Source: a virus
Lineage: Duplodnaviria > Caudoviricetes
Length of the DNA stretch: 59,916 bases
Reading direction: 5' to 3' (one strand)
IMG/VR virus record: IMGVR_UViG_3300033067_000350
Location: 1 to 59,916 of that record
The position numbers were made by a program, and so were the translations under genes. The notes under the pieces are model-generated. The model was not told the origin of the DNA, made no database searches, and was given only the letters and a program-made list of their open reading frames with translations. Position 1 is the stretch's first letter; each line of letters begins with the position of its first letter. Below are positions 9,495-17,348 of this stretch, piece by piece.

Positions 9495-10448
9495 TCACCT
9501 TATAACTATGTCGCCATAGTCCCTATAAATCTTCAACCTGGGTTTGTCGTGATGGCTCCAACCATGCAACTCCCCCATATATTCATTCGGGAACACATCC
9601 TTGCGAGCACCCAGTATCATGGCTCTAACAGTGTCATTCTTCTCCATAGCAACTTCCAACATCAAGTCAATATCGCACCCAAGATAGTAGTCACCTCTGT
9701 GTAGACTGTAGAAGCCACAACAACAAGTCTCCAGCAAGGCTAAATCCCTGTCGACAGGGACGTCATGATGTAGGCACTGTTCCATCAAATCTAATGAGGC
9801 CTCATCCAGAGTCTTGATTGCTGCCTCACTGTTGTCATCTTTGTCAGGCATCCCGCTGAATAGCAGGTTGAGTGCCTTGCGAGGGTTGCTGGAATTGGCA
9901 TGACCCATGTCTGGTGCCGTCAGGTTCAGTCCGCACACCTTCCCCAGCAATTCGCATCCCTTGTAGGCTGCCCACCTGCCATTGTTCCAAACCTCTTGAA
10001 TAGTATGGCCGGCGCATTGCCAATTGAATTGACTGGTGCTGATTACTGCCCCGCCTCTTTCAAGAGTGCCAGGCTTTTGGAATCTCTGCTCAGCCCACCT
10101 AACCCATCCACCTGCTTTACGCACTTGCTCACACTGGCTGTCCCAATGTTTGCGAATGTTCGACCCTCCCCTCAAACCTCTGCGTTCCAATTTAATTGGG
10201 TACAAGGCTTGCTCAGCAGAGATGTCAGAACACTTGCAGTTGTTGTCCAGATAGGCTTGTAGTGCTGACCTCAGATTGTACCAGCACATATACCAGAAGC
10301 AAAACTCAATGCGCTGCTCTGTATCCATTTGGAATGAGTTACAGATATTGCGTAGCACTGGGTACATTGGATCAGCATCGTTGATCTCAATGTATACCTT
10401 GCTGAAAGCCATGAAATCGGACCAGAGTTGGTGTGGCTGTTTGTTCAT
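9495..10448 (-). CDS. Amino acid:DNA transferase (aGPT-Pplase2 / AADT family)
   Basis: DADPMY, ERRGLR, HhH-like GRWAAYK..ELL, ETCCC, YYLG.DID. Adjacent to a P-loop kinase. Confidence 0.8.
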   Translation of the reverse strand: MNKQPHQLWSDFMAFSKVYIEINDADPMYPVLRNICNSFQMDTEQRIEFCFWYMCWYNLRSALQAYLDNNCKCSDISAEQALYPIKLERRGLRGGSNIRKHWDSQCEQVRKAGGWVRWAEQRFQKPGTLERGGAVISTSQFNWQCAGHTIQEVWNNGRWAAYKGCELLGKVCGLNLTAPDMGHANSSNPRKALNLLFSGMPDKDDNSEAAIKTLDEASLDLMEQCLHHDVPVDRDLALLETCCCGFYSLHRGDYYLGCDIDLMLEVAMEKNDTVRAMILGARKDVFPNEYMGELHGWSHHDKPRLKIYRDYGDIVIR

Positions 10449-11008
10449 AGTCCGGCATTCTCTTTTGCTTGATTAACCACAGCATTTACGATTGTGTCTC
10501 TATCAAAATTGGCCACGTTCCTGCCTGCGTCAATCAATCTCTTCTTCAGCCTTAGAATGGCCTCATGGCGTGGAATGAGAGTTTGATTGGGGTCAAAAGG
10601 CTTGCTGTTGTTCTTGGCTTTGCGTCTCTCCAGCACACTAGCAATGCAATCCGCAACTGGAGTCTCAAGGAACCAGAACCAGTAGTCATCATCCAACTCT
10701 CTGGCCAGGGCCTCCCATCTAGCGTAGACAGAAGCGACAATGGACCCTTCTACAATCACAGTTTTGTATTTTGGGTACAATGCTCTAATGGCTTCAGTGA
10801 TAGCATCTTGTTTGGTGATACCATCAGCACCTCCGCATTGAGTATCATAGTGCCCGATGATTGCTGTTTGTAAATCTGGCACTACGGTGAATGGCACGTC
10901 TTCAATTGTGGATTGAAGAGTCCATTGCTCATTGCCATACAACTTCAACATTTGATGGATGGGGTATGACTTGCCCGACCCATTTGTACCGCGAATATCA
11001 AGGATCAC
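10445..11008 (-). CDS. P-loop kinase (5-hmdU DNA kinase P-loop subunit-like)
   Basis: IRGTNGSGKS, IGHY..CGGADGI, VEG, C...V..RR. Confidence 0.8.
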   Translation of the reverse strand: MILDIRGTNGSGKSYPIHQMLKLYGNEQWTLQSTIEDVPFTVVPDLQTAIIGHYDTQCGGADGITKQDAITEAIRALYPKYKTVIVEGSIVASVYARWEALARELDDDYWFWFLETPVADCIASVLERRKAKNNSKPFDPNQTLIPRHEAILRLKKRLIDAGRNVANFDRDTIVNAVVNQAKENAGL

Positions 11009-11232
11009 TTGTCACCCCACGATCTGTGTAAAGTCATTGAAATTAGAGACGCAAACAACCATTGGTCCCCATTCTTCATATGTTTGGCCACTATCAGTAT
11101 TGCTAGTGTGAGAACCACAATAACAAACATTTTGAATAGCCAACTGAGTAACTCATGTAACCACCGACGGTATGCCATTGTTGTACCTCTTATCACAACT
11201 TGGATCGTGAGTCTGTCCTGTTTTATGCCCAC
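11005..11232 (-). CDS. Small membrane protein
   Basis: Hydrophobic helices; true start may be internal. Confidence 0.5.
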   Translation of the reverse strand: MGIKQDRLTIQVVIRGTTMAYRRWLHELLSWLFKMFVIVVLTLAILIVAKHMKNGDQWLFASLISMTLHRSWGDK

Positions 11233-11371
11233 AAAATGAGCAGTATTTCACATGCCTATTGTCCCAGCACTCTTTATGGGCAAATTGTCCACCACGTTTC
11301 ATACTGCCATCCCCATTCCCTACTATTGTAGTTGAGGGCGCAATTACTTTACCACAAATGGAGCAAATCAT
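11153..11371 (-). CDS. Small Cys/His Zn-finger protein
   Basis: CSIC..HKEC..CSFC..H..C; GAGGT RBS. Confidence 0.6.
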   Translation of the reverse strand: MICSICGKVIAPSTTIVGNGDGSMKRGGQFAHKECWDNRHVKYCSFCGHKTGQTHDPSCDKRYNNGIPSVVT

Positions 11372-11375
11372 TACC

Positions 11376-12440
11376 TCACTCCGGCATGGACTTCAAAATG
11401 TCATTCAACTCAGCCACTTGACTGTCATTCAACAGTCCTTTATGCTTGTTGATAAATGCCCGCAGTCTTTGTGATGGGGTACCCACACTAGGGATGAAGA
11501 ATCCTACAGCACGCCAGAGGATAGATTTGAGGCCATCTGGCACCAGTTGAAACTTCTTACCAGCTGCCATAGCCTGTGAGATTTCAGATTGAGTGCTGAC
11601 AGGGATGGCATCGCCGAATGACTTAGTATATGCAGATACAAGTCTGGTTTCAACAGCACTAGACTTGGGCACATGATAGTTGACATACTCAACATCCTTG
11701 GCCTTGTCATTGATCAGCTCAAGCAGTACGTCATCCCCAAATTCGGCATCATCGTGAGGGATGCTAGTCCAGATACGGCTGGTCTCATAAGCCAGATTGA
11801 ACCCATCAATCATACCCCTGTCCCGGTCCAATTTCACTCTGTCTGGACTGAAATTGTACCCATACTTGAACCCCTCAGCTTTGCAAACAAACAAACCTTG
11901 TATGTACATCATACCAGGCTTGTCTTTGATAGGCTTGTTTACAGGCAGATTGGGATCAAAATTGCCTTCAATAGCCTTTGTAGTAGCATTCTCAATGCAA
12001 AACTCCACCCCATCTTGTGATACAATACCGTTATCAAACTCTCTGTCTGAGATGTCTATGGTCAACACTTCAGAATCAAACTCTTCTGAGTACCTCAGGG
12101 CTGGTACCCATAGCTCACTCCCTGTGTAGATTTTAACAGCGTGCCCCAATCTGCACAAAACCAGCAAAGCCAGTTTGAATCCCTCGCCAAACTGACCAAT
12201 TTGGGTATCATCGCCTTGCTTAGTAGTTTGACCCAGTAGCAGCATCGATCTGCTAAGTGCTGGCCCGCCATTGTTGATTCTAAGTGCTGGAGTGACCCCA
12301 TGTACGTTGTAATCGTACACTTCCATGAAGTGACCCTTAGACTTAGCATCTAAGGCATTTTGAAGCAACTCTCTGAGGGCTTCCCAGAGTCCCCAGTGCT
12401 TTACGTAGTTAGTGGTCATTGACAATTGAATCGTCTTCAT
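11376..12440 (-). CDS. GHKL (Hsp90/MutL-type) ATPase domain protein
   Basis: ALRELLQNALDA, NNG, IGQFGEGFKLA, GVEF boxes. Confidence 0.85.
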   Translation of the reverse strand: MKTIQLSMTTNYVKHWGLWEALRELLQNALDAKSKGHFMEVYDYNVHGVTPALRINNGGPALSRSMLLLGQTTKQGDDTQIGQFGEGFKLALLVLCRLGHAVKIYTGSELWVPALRYSEEFDSEVLTIDISDREFDNGIVSQDGVEFCIENATTKAIEGNFDPNLPVNKPIKDKPGMMYIQGLFVCKAEGFKYGYNFSPDRVKLDRDRGMIDGFNLAYETSRIWTSIPHDDAEFGDDVLLELINDKAKDVEYVNYHVPKSSAVETRLVSAYTKSFGDAIPVSTQSEISQAMAAGKKFQLVPDGLKSILWRAVGFFIPSVGTPSQRLRAFINKHKGLLNDSQVAELNDILKSMPE

Positions 12441-12805
12441 GTTAATCCTCCCCAAACACTTAACGAGTCACCAACCGTTTGATGCCCAAAGAATTTGTAC
12501 ACCCGTTGTTTCAGACCCAGTCTCAGCAACATTTCACAAGCCAAAGCAAAACAACCTTCTGTGGTTTTGGGCTTTACTATGGTTTTGCCCTTTTGAGGTT
12601 GTAGTACAATATACAACATCAGTCTATCAGTACACAAGACATCGACATCTTGAACTTTGGCGATTGTGAGTCTATACCCATCCAAAGTATCAAATATGTT
12701 GACCCTGTTAGCTAGTCTACCCAATTCTGATACTGTGTAGGTCTTGGATATGGCTAGATGGGCCCTAGACTTCAACACGTTGTCTTCTTCAGGGTAGTAA
12801 CTCAT
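12437..12805 (-). CDS. Hypothetical protein
   Basis: ATGA overlaps on both sides. Confidence 0.6.
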   Translation of the reverse strand: MSYYPEEDNVLKSRAHLAISKTYTVSELGRLANRVNIFDTLDGYRLTIAKVQDVDVLCTDRLMLYIVLQPQKGKTIVKPKTTEGCFALACEMLLRLGLKQRVYKFFGHQTVGDSLSVWGGLT

Positions 12806-13734
12806 TTGATGTACTTTGATCTGGGTCTGCCCTGACCCAGTCTGGCCCTCTCATACTTGTCAAATTCACAGAGGGAATGTTCAATCTCTCTGATTTCAAA
12901 CGGCGGCCACTGATGCTCTCTGGGTGTGTCAGGATATACTGTAGCTCCATCAAAAGCAACAGGGTAGTGTCTCAACACCTCAGATTCTAGGCTACTCAGT
13001 ACCTCAGGTGCTTTGAGCCAGAGCCACTCCATAGATTCATAGGATTCTTCCAACCCTAGTCTACGCAGTCCTCTTTCAGCACCGTTGCCGGGGTTACCCC
13101 ACGTGAGCTTATCGGGTGCCTCCGTCAGCAAATTCCACCTTAAATCGCTGGTAATTTCATAGGATGTGAAATCACCGATCAGTGGAGTCAGCAACAACAC
13201 ATTAAAAGCATTCTGCAGAGTCTTGCCGTCAATGATCTGTTTAGCAATGTTGTCCTGTGAGTTCCATACTTCTTTGAGCATTCTCAAATAGGTGGACACC
13301 TTGGTCTCTTTGGGTGCACCTCTCACCATGTGTGCTGAGGTCCACATTCTGCCGCCTTCAGCATGCAGCTTCAGCATGTATTCTTCTAATTGCTCAAAGG
13401 CAGTCACAAAACCAAGTGCTGAAGCATGAGGCTCATAATTCCAAATGCGATACCACCACGTGTTAAACACTATCAATCCAGCCAATTCAGGCCAATGGCC
13501 AGTCAGATAGTTGTACACATACTGCTTCTCCATCTTTCTGAGAGCAATTGTGCCTGGATCCAACTCTCTAAATACGTTTGTGAATTTGTACGTATTCATG
13601 ATTGGGTCATCAGTCCATGGCCTAGGCACATTGCGGCTTCTCTTCAGATAGATAGAGTGACGCTCATCCATCCATTCAAAGAATCCTTGAATAGTTGAGC
13701 TTGCTGGAATGAAGTCTTCACGTAATTCTTTCAT
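12802..13734 (-). CDS. 5-hmdU DNA kinase helical subunit (aGPT-Pplase1 family)
   Basis: ERH.IY..R..PWTDDPI...YKFTNVFRELD, G.F.SYE..SD, GA.RGL, EHSLCEFDKY.R. Confidence 0.88.
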   Translation of the reverse strand: MKELREDFIPASSTIQGFFEWMDERHSIYLKRSRNVPRPWTDDPIMNTYKFTNVFRELDPGTIALRKMEKQYVYNYLTGHWPELAGLIVFNTWWYRIWNYEPHASALGFVTAFEQLEEYMLKLHAEGGRMWTSAHMVRGAPKETKVSTYLRMLKEVWNSQDNIAKQIIDGKTLQNAFNVLLLTPLIGDFTSYEITSDLRWNLLTEAPDKLTWGNPGNGAERGLRRLGLEESYESMEWLWLKAPEVLSSLESEVLRHYPVAFDGATVYPDTPREHQWPPFEIREIEHSLCEFDKYERARLGQGRPRSKYIK

Positions 13735-13901
13735 GACTCCCTCACGATTGTGCCGTTAGCACTCCAGAAAATGGCCTCACCCATGGCTTGATTAATGTCG
13801 ATCGGCTTACCAGCACAATAGGTGAGGGTCTGTACAAACAGTCTGTTGTATGATTCTTCCAGCAACTCCATCTTACTCACTTCTGCTTTTTCGTCTACCA
13901 T
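13731..13901 (-). CDS. Hypothetical 56-aa protein
   Basis: Below the ORF-track cutoff. MVDEKAEVSK...IVRES, overlapping both neighbours. Confidence 0.55.
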   Translation of the reverse strand: MVDEKAEVSKMELLEESYNRLFVQTLTYCAGKPIDINQAMGEAIFWSANGTIVRES

Positions 13902-14512
13902 AGGATGATACCCTTATCAAAATCTTCATATGATGCCCCAGACTTATACTCAGAGATCATCTCATCATCGATGATCACTCTACAATCTGGCAGTACCTCA
14001 GCAATCTCTTTGGGATTGAACCTTGTGAAGACTGGGCCTGGTGCTGAATCCTTAGCCTCTGTGTACATAAAATAACCAACACCATGAGTACACATGTATC
14101 TCATGGTGGTTACCAATTTCAAACAATCCATCTTGTGGTTGCCTTGTGTGTAGGCTAGTGGCCCAAGTATGAACCCGTAGTCAAACTGAGGTTCATCTCT
14201 AAACAGCGGCAGACAATCTTCTGCCACGTGGAAGTTACCACCCTGCCACTTCTGCTTACAAACCTCAATAGCCTCACTGGAACAATCGAATCCAGTATAG
14301 TCAAAGGATTTGTAACCACAAGTCTTGAGGTTGTAAATCAAATCGCCTTTGCCACATCCTGCATCCAGTATTCTGACCCGTTGCTTGGGCATATTGAGGT
14401 GGCGGATGCATATTTGATGGATGCGATCTGCCTTCTTGGCAGACCACATATCAATGACCCTGTTTGGGTCTTTTGAGACAAATCCGTTGATGCGTTTGGC
14501 AATGTGATTCAT
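13895..14512 (-). CDS. Class I SAM-dependent methyltransferase
   Basis: ILDAGCGKG, YTGFDCS, FDY motifs. No DPPY/NPPY/PCQ DNA-methylase motif. Confidence 0.88.
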   Translation of the reverse strand: MNHIAKRINGFVSKDPNRVIDMWSAKKADRIHQICIRHLNMPKQRVRILDAGCGKGDLIYNLKTCGYKSFDYTGFDCSSEAIEVCKQKWQGGNFHVAEDCLPLFRDEPQFDYGFILGPLAYTQGNHKMDCLKLVTTMRYMCTHGVGYFMYTEAKDSAPGPVFTRFNPKEIAEVLPDCRVIIDDEMISEYKSGASYEDFDKGIILW

Positions 14513-14515
14513 AAA

Positions 14516-14588
14516 TGGGCCTTATTGGATTTGAACCAATGACCTGCCGATTATGAGCCGGATGCTCTCACCGCTGAGCTAAAGGCCC
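14516..14588 (-). tRNA. tRNA with CAT anticodon (Ile2 or Met)
   Basis: GGGCCTT/AAGGCCC acceptor, CT-CAT-AA loop, GGTTCAAATCC. CCA not encoded. Confidence 0.9.
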
Positions 14589-14603
14589 ATGCTATTGTCT
14601 ATA

Positions 14604-14676
14604 CAGGATCAGCTGGACTTGAACCAGCAACCTGCGGCTTAGAAGGCCGCTGCTCTGTCCATTGAGCTATGATCCC
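14604..14676 (-). tRNA. tRNA-Arg(TCT)
   Basis: GCGGC-CT-TCT-AA-GCCGC arm; full cloverleaf. Confidence 0.93.
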
Positions 14677-14678
14677 AT

Positions 14679-14757
14679 TGGGAGGCAGATACTGCAACGT
14701 CCCAATTTGCTGAGCGATAATAGGCAGAGTTCACCTTTCGGTTTATCTGCCTCACCA
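14679..14757 (-). ncRNA. Unrecognised structured RNA
   Basis: GAGGCAGATA/TATCTGCCTC closing stem with an internal ACC-GAAA-GGT hairpin. Confidence 0.5.
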
Positions 14758-14760
14758 GGT

Positions 14761-14875
14761 TGTCTCCTGGAGTGTACTCAGTTGCCCGCGGCAGGTCTTT
14801 GAAACCATCATGCCCTGTTTATGTCTTCATTTCCTAAGACGGGCGGCAACCATCGATGCAATGCTTCTCGGACAA
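14761..14875 (-). ncRNA. Unrecognised structured RNA
   Basis: Nested TTGTC/GACAA, GTTGCC/GGCAAC, GCCC/GGGC and GTCTT/AAGAC stems. Confidence 0.45.
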
Positions 14876-15235
14876 TGGAGCCGTGGGGAATCGAACCCCA
14901 GTCTCACAATCCAACTCAAGGTGCGTCTACGGGTGTATCCTGTGATTGTTTCTCGCCAGGTGCTCAGCCACAAGCAGCTGCTGCCTAGCCAACCCAGATA
15001 TCCTCTCATCCTGTCGTCGTCCAGATTGCCCCGACAGAACCAGCCGATGTCAATCCACAGCATATCGGCGTCAGCTGTGGGTCTACTCAGGCCGCCATCC
15101 GCATGGGCTGGGCGTTCTGAGTTGGGAAACTGAAGTTGCCAGTTACGGCTGATGGCCCATTTATTGAGTGTAGCCATCATTACTCAACCCGCTGCTTGCC
15201 TCCATTTGAATGTGATCGAATACCATGTCGGCCCC
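14876..15235 (-). ncRNA. ssrA: tmRNA
   Basis: 360 nt. GGGGCCG/CGGCTCCA acceptor with the G3.U alanine wobble; T arm GGGGTTCGATTCCCC; TAACT resume signal then tag GNFSFPTQNAQPMRMAA* (15140-15087). Confidence 0.95.
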
Positions 15236-15240
15236 GAAAC

Positions 15241-15476
15241 AGGTGCACTGAATGCTTCCATCCAGCACACCCTAGCGCACAGACACCTGAGGGGTCCAGC
15301 CACCGATCTAGCAGCCTCGCCTCCACCTAAGTTTGGTGGTCGTGGGTAATGAGCCCACTACAACAGTCACACGCCAGGCTCCATTGGGCTTTCGCCCCAA
15401 ATCCCCTATTGCACCTCTGCATTTTGTCCATTGGCCGGTAAGCCAACAAGAGGATGACTACTCAGCAACAGCAGAG
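15241..15476 (-). ncRNA. Unrecognised multi-branched RNA
   Basis: AGGTGCA/TGCACCT, AGGGG/CCCCT, AGCCT/AGGCT and CTCTGC/GCAGAG stems plus several short hairpins; no minus-strand ORF in the track. Confidence 0.5.
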
Positions 15477-15498
15477 TCTAGAATGCTATTGGTTCATA

Positions 15499-15552
15499 GC
15501 CTGTGACACGGCATACAGCCGTGTTTCGGCCTAGTGGCCTCATCAGACAGGC
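15499..15552 (-). ncRNA. Hammerhead ribozyme (type I)
   Basis: GCCUGU-CUGAUGA-GGCC(ACUA)GGCC-GAAA-CACGGC(UGUAU)GCCGUG-UC-ACAGGC: complete core, three perfect stems, GUC cleavage triplet. Confidence 0.95.
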
Positions 15553-15554
15553 GA

Positions 15555-15587
15555 TCACTTCTTCTTGCCTTTACACTTTTTACCCAT
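15555..15587 (-). CDS. Lysine-rich micropeptide MGKKCKGKKK
   Basis: AAGGAG RBS 6 nt upstream; stop codon abuts the hammerhead. Confidence 0.4.
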   Translation of the reverse strand: MGKKCKGKKK

Positions 15588-15607
15588 GATGGGCTCCTTA
15601 TGTTAAA

Positions 15608-15681
15608 TCAGGGTAGCAGGATTTGAACCTGCGGCCTTCTGGACCCAAACCAGACGCTCTACCAAGCTGAGCTACACCCTG
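15608..15681 (-). tRNA. tRNA-Pro(TGG)
   Basis: CAGGGTG/TACCCTG acceptor; TCTGG-TT-TGG-GT-CCAGA arm. Confidence 0.93.
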
Positions 15682-15685
15682 TAAA

Positions 15686-15946
15686 ACCAGTCCCACGGAT
15701 GGACGCAGGACTGGTCGGTCTGCAACAACCTTAAAGTGATTAGTTCATAAATGGTCCTCCAAAGCAACCACACTAGCTACTTACTGTAGCATTAACCACT
15801 TAGTTCATTGACGTTAGTCTGTTGACTCCGCACAGACATCATTCAATCACATAGGGGCGGGTTTGTACCCACATAACCTTCATTGGTTTAGCTTTACGCC
15901 TAGTTGCCTAGGCTAACCATAGCTGCTGGGCATCTGCATTGGTTTA
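15686..15946 (-). ncRNA. Unrecognised hairpin-rich RNA region
   Basis: GCCTAG-GCAA-CTAGGC, GTGGGT-ACAA-ACCCGC, GTCTGT/ACAGAC, GCTAC/GTAGC, AAGTGGTTA/TAATCACTT and ACCAGTCC/GGACTGGT stems. Confidence 0.45.
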
Positions 15947-16372
15947 TTACTCCAAATGAGATTTGACCTTGCGCCAATACTCAACAGTTGCCTGTTTTCG
16001 ATCGCCATTGGGCCCGCCATTCCATCGGCGTGCCTTGACTTCATCAGACTCATTGTTGCTGTAATGATTGGTGTAGATGCAATACATCTGGATTGACTTC
16101 TGCCTGTCTGTGCGATCAGTGTATTGGTACCCCAACCCAGAGATTCGGTTGACATCGTCAACCATCTGCTCTGTGATTTGGAGGCATCCCACTGACTTAC
16201 CGCCGTCGCCAACAGCCCCATCATCCCCAGCACTCTCAACTTGGATGATCGCCTTGACAAGTTTGTCCTCCTGCTGGTATCCGGCAACAGCCAGAGCACC
16301 CATAGCTAGCCCAGCCAAGGCAACTGCCACACTAATCCTTCGCATCCTGTTCCCTTTCAACATTAACTCCAA
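15947..16372 (-). CDS. Lysozyme-fold transglycosylase/muramidase with signal peptide
   Basis: AIIQVES.G...GD.G.S.GCLQI and ARRWNGGP motifs; N-terminal hydrophobic segment. Confidence 0.8.
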   Translation of the reverse strand: MELMLKGNRMRRISVAVALAGLAMGALAVAGYQQEDKLVKAIIQVESAGDDGAVGDGGKSVGCLQITEQMVDDVNRISGLGYQYTDRTDRQKSIQMYCIYTNHYSNNESDEVKARRWNGGPNGDRKQATVEYWRKVKSHLE

Positions 16373-16532
16373 GACGGTGGATGAACTCTAACACCTCATC
16401 TATGACCTCATCATCATAGTCCAATCTCAAACTGTCTTCAATACTGACTACATCAGGCAGCTTAACAAATGGATCATCCATCAACCTATCAGCTAGCCTG
16501 GTCAGCCTAACATAATCTGGCTCTTTAGGCAT
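16332..16532 (-). CDS. Hypothetical protein
   Basis: Acidic 66-aa ORF in operon. Confidence 0.5.
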   Translation of the reverse strand: MPKEPDYVRLTRLADRLMDDPFVKLPDVVSIEDSLRLDYDDEVIDEVLEFIHRLGVNVEREQDAKD

Positions 16533-17347
16533 CTGTCCACTCCCTTGTCTGTTCTGAACCTCTTGAACCTTGGGAATTTCAATGCCCCATTGGCAGCTAA
16601 TCCGCTGTAGATCACCTCAACTACCATGCCCATGTATTTACCGGCATTGGCCCAAATCAAATCCCTATCAGCATCCGTGAAGCCAGCACCTACTTTACAA
16701 ATGGGAGCTAGGGTATCTCCATCTTTCAGTGATACCTCAATAGCTCCCATTCTGCCGGCATGTCTACCCTCCCCAGGTAACACTCCAGTCACAACACAAT
16801 CAACAGTTCTGATAGGTTTGAGTTTGTACCACCCATGATAGTGCCCAACCTTCAATACCCAACCCTCAATCGACCGTTGAGTGGCCATATTTAACAGATT
16901 AGCCACATCTGTGGTAGTAAATGGGCCCTCATAAGTCTCAGGCACCTCAAATCCCAAAGATTCCAAAATGGACAACGCAGTTGTTAGCTGTGTTGCCCTC
17001 AAATCCTCACCGTGAAGGAATGGCAGAGCAAAAGGTGACAGCTTCAGTCTGCGATCACCATCAATCAACAGAGTCTTGACGCTGGTCTCAGGTATGTCAA
17101 TAGCATGCAATTCGCAATCCAGCACTGTGTTGACCGGCAACTGTATCACTTGCTCCCTGATGTGCTGGATCTTGCTCATCAATGGCCACAAATCTGACTT
17201 ACCCTCCCTGGTGTTGGCTACAATACCAGAATCTTTGACTGCAACAAATACACGCAGACCGTTCATCTTCAACTGGGCATATTTGACCTTAGTCAAGTGA
17301 TGCCCAGCATACTCATCTGCGTGCAGCAAATCCTTATGGTTGAACAA
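16502..17347 (-). CDS. ATP-dependent DNA ligase (minimal)
   Basis: QLKMNGLR, LDCEL, EGWVLK, WYKLKP, VGAGFTD, LKFPRF..FR.DK. Confidence 0.92.
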   Translation of the reverse strand: MFNHKDLLHADEYAGHHLTKVKYAQLKMNGLRVFVAVKDSGIVANTREGKSDLWPLMSKIQHIREQVIQLPVNTVLDCELHAIDIPETSVKTLLIDGDRRLKLSPFALPFLHGEDLRATQLTTALSILESLGFEVPETYEGPFTTTDVANLLNMATQRSIEGWVLKVGHYHGWYKLKPIRTVDCVVTGVLPGEGRHAGRMGAIEVSLKDGDTLAPICKVGAGFTDADRDLIWANAGKYMGMVVEVIYSGLAANGALKFPRFKRFRTDKGVDRCLKSQIMLG

Positions 17348-17348
17348 G

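Noticed and set aside
13895-14512. DNA adenine or cytosine methyltransferase
   Set aside because: No DPPY/NPPY or PCQ catalytic motif; looks like a small-molecule-type class I MTase.
14827-15180. 117-aa minus-strand ORF
   Set aside because: Lies almost wholly over the tmRNA and is in a different frame from the tag.
15241-15476. RNase P RNA or SRP RNA
   Set aside because: No GAGGAAAGUCC/ACAGAA P4 consensus and no SRP domain IV motif seen.
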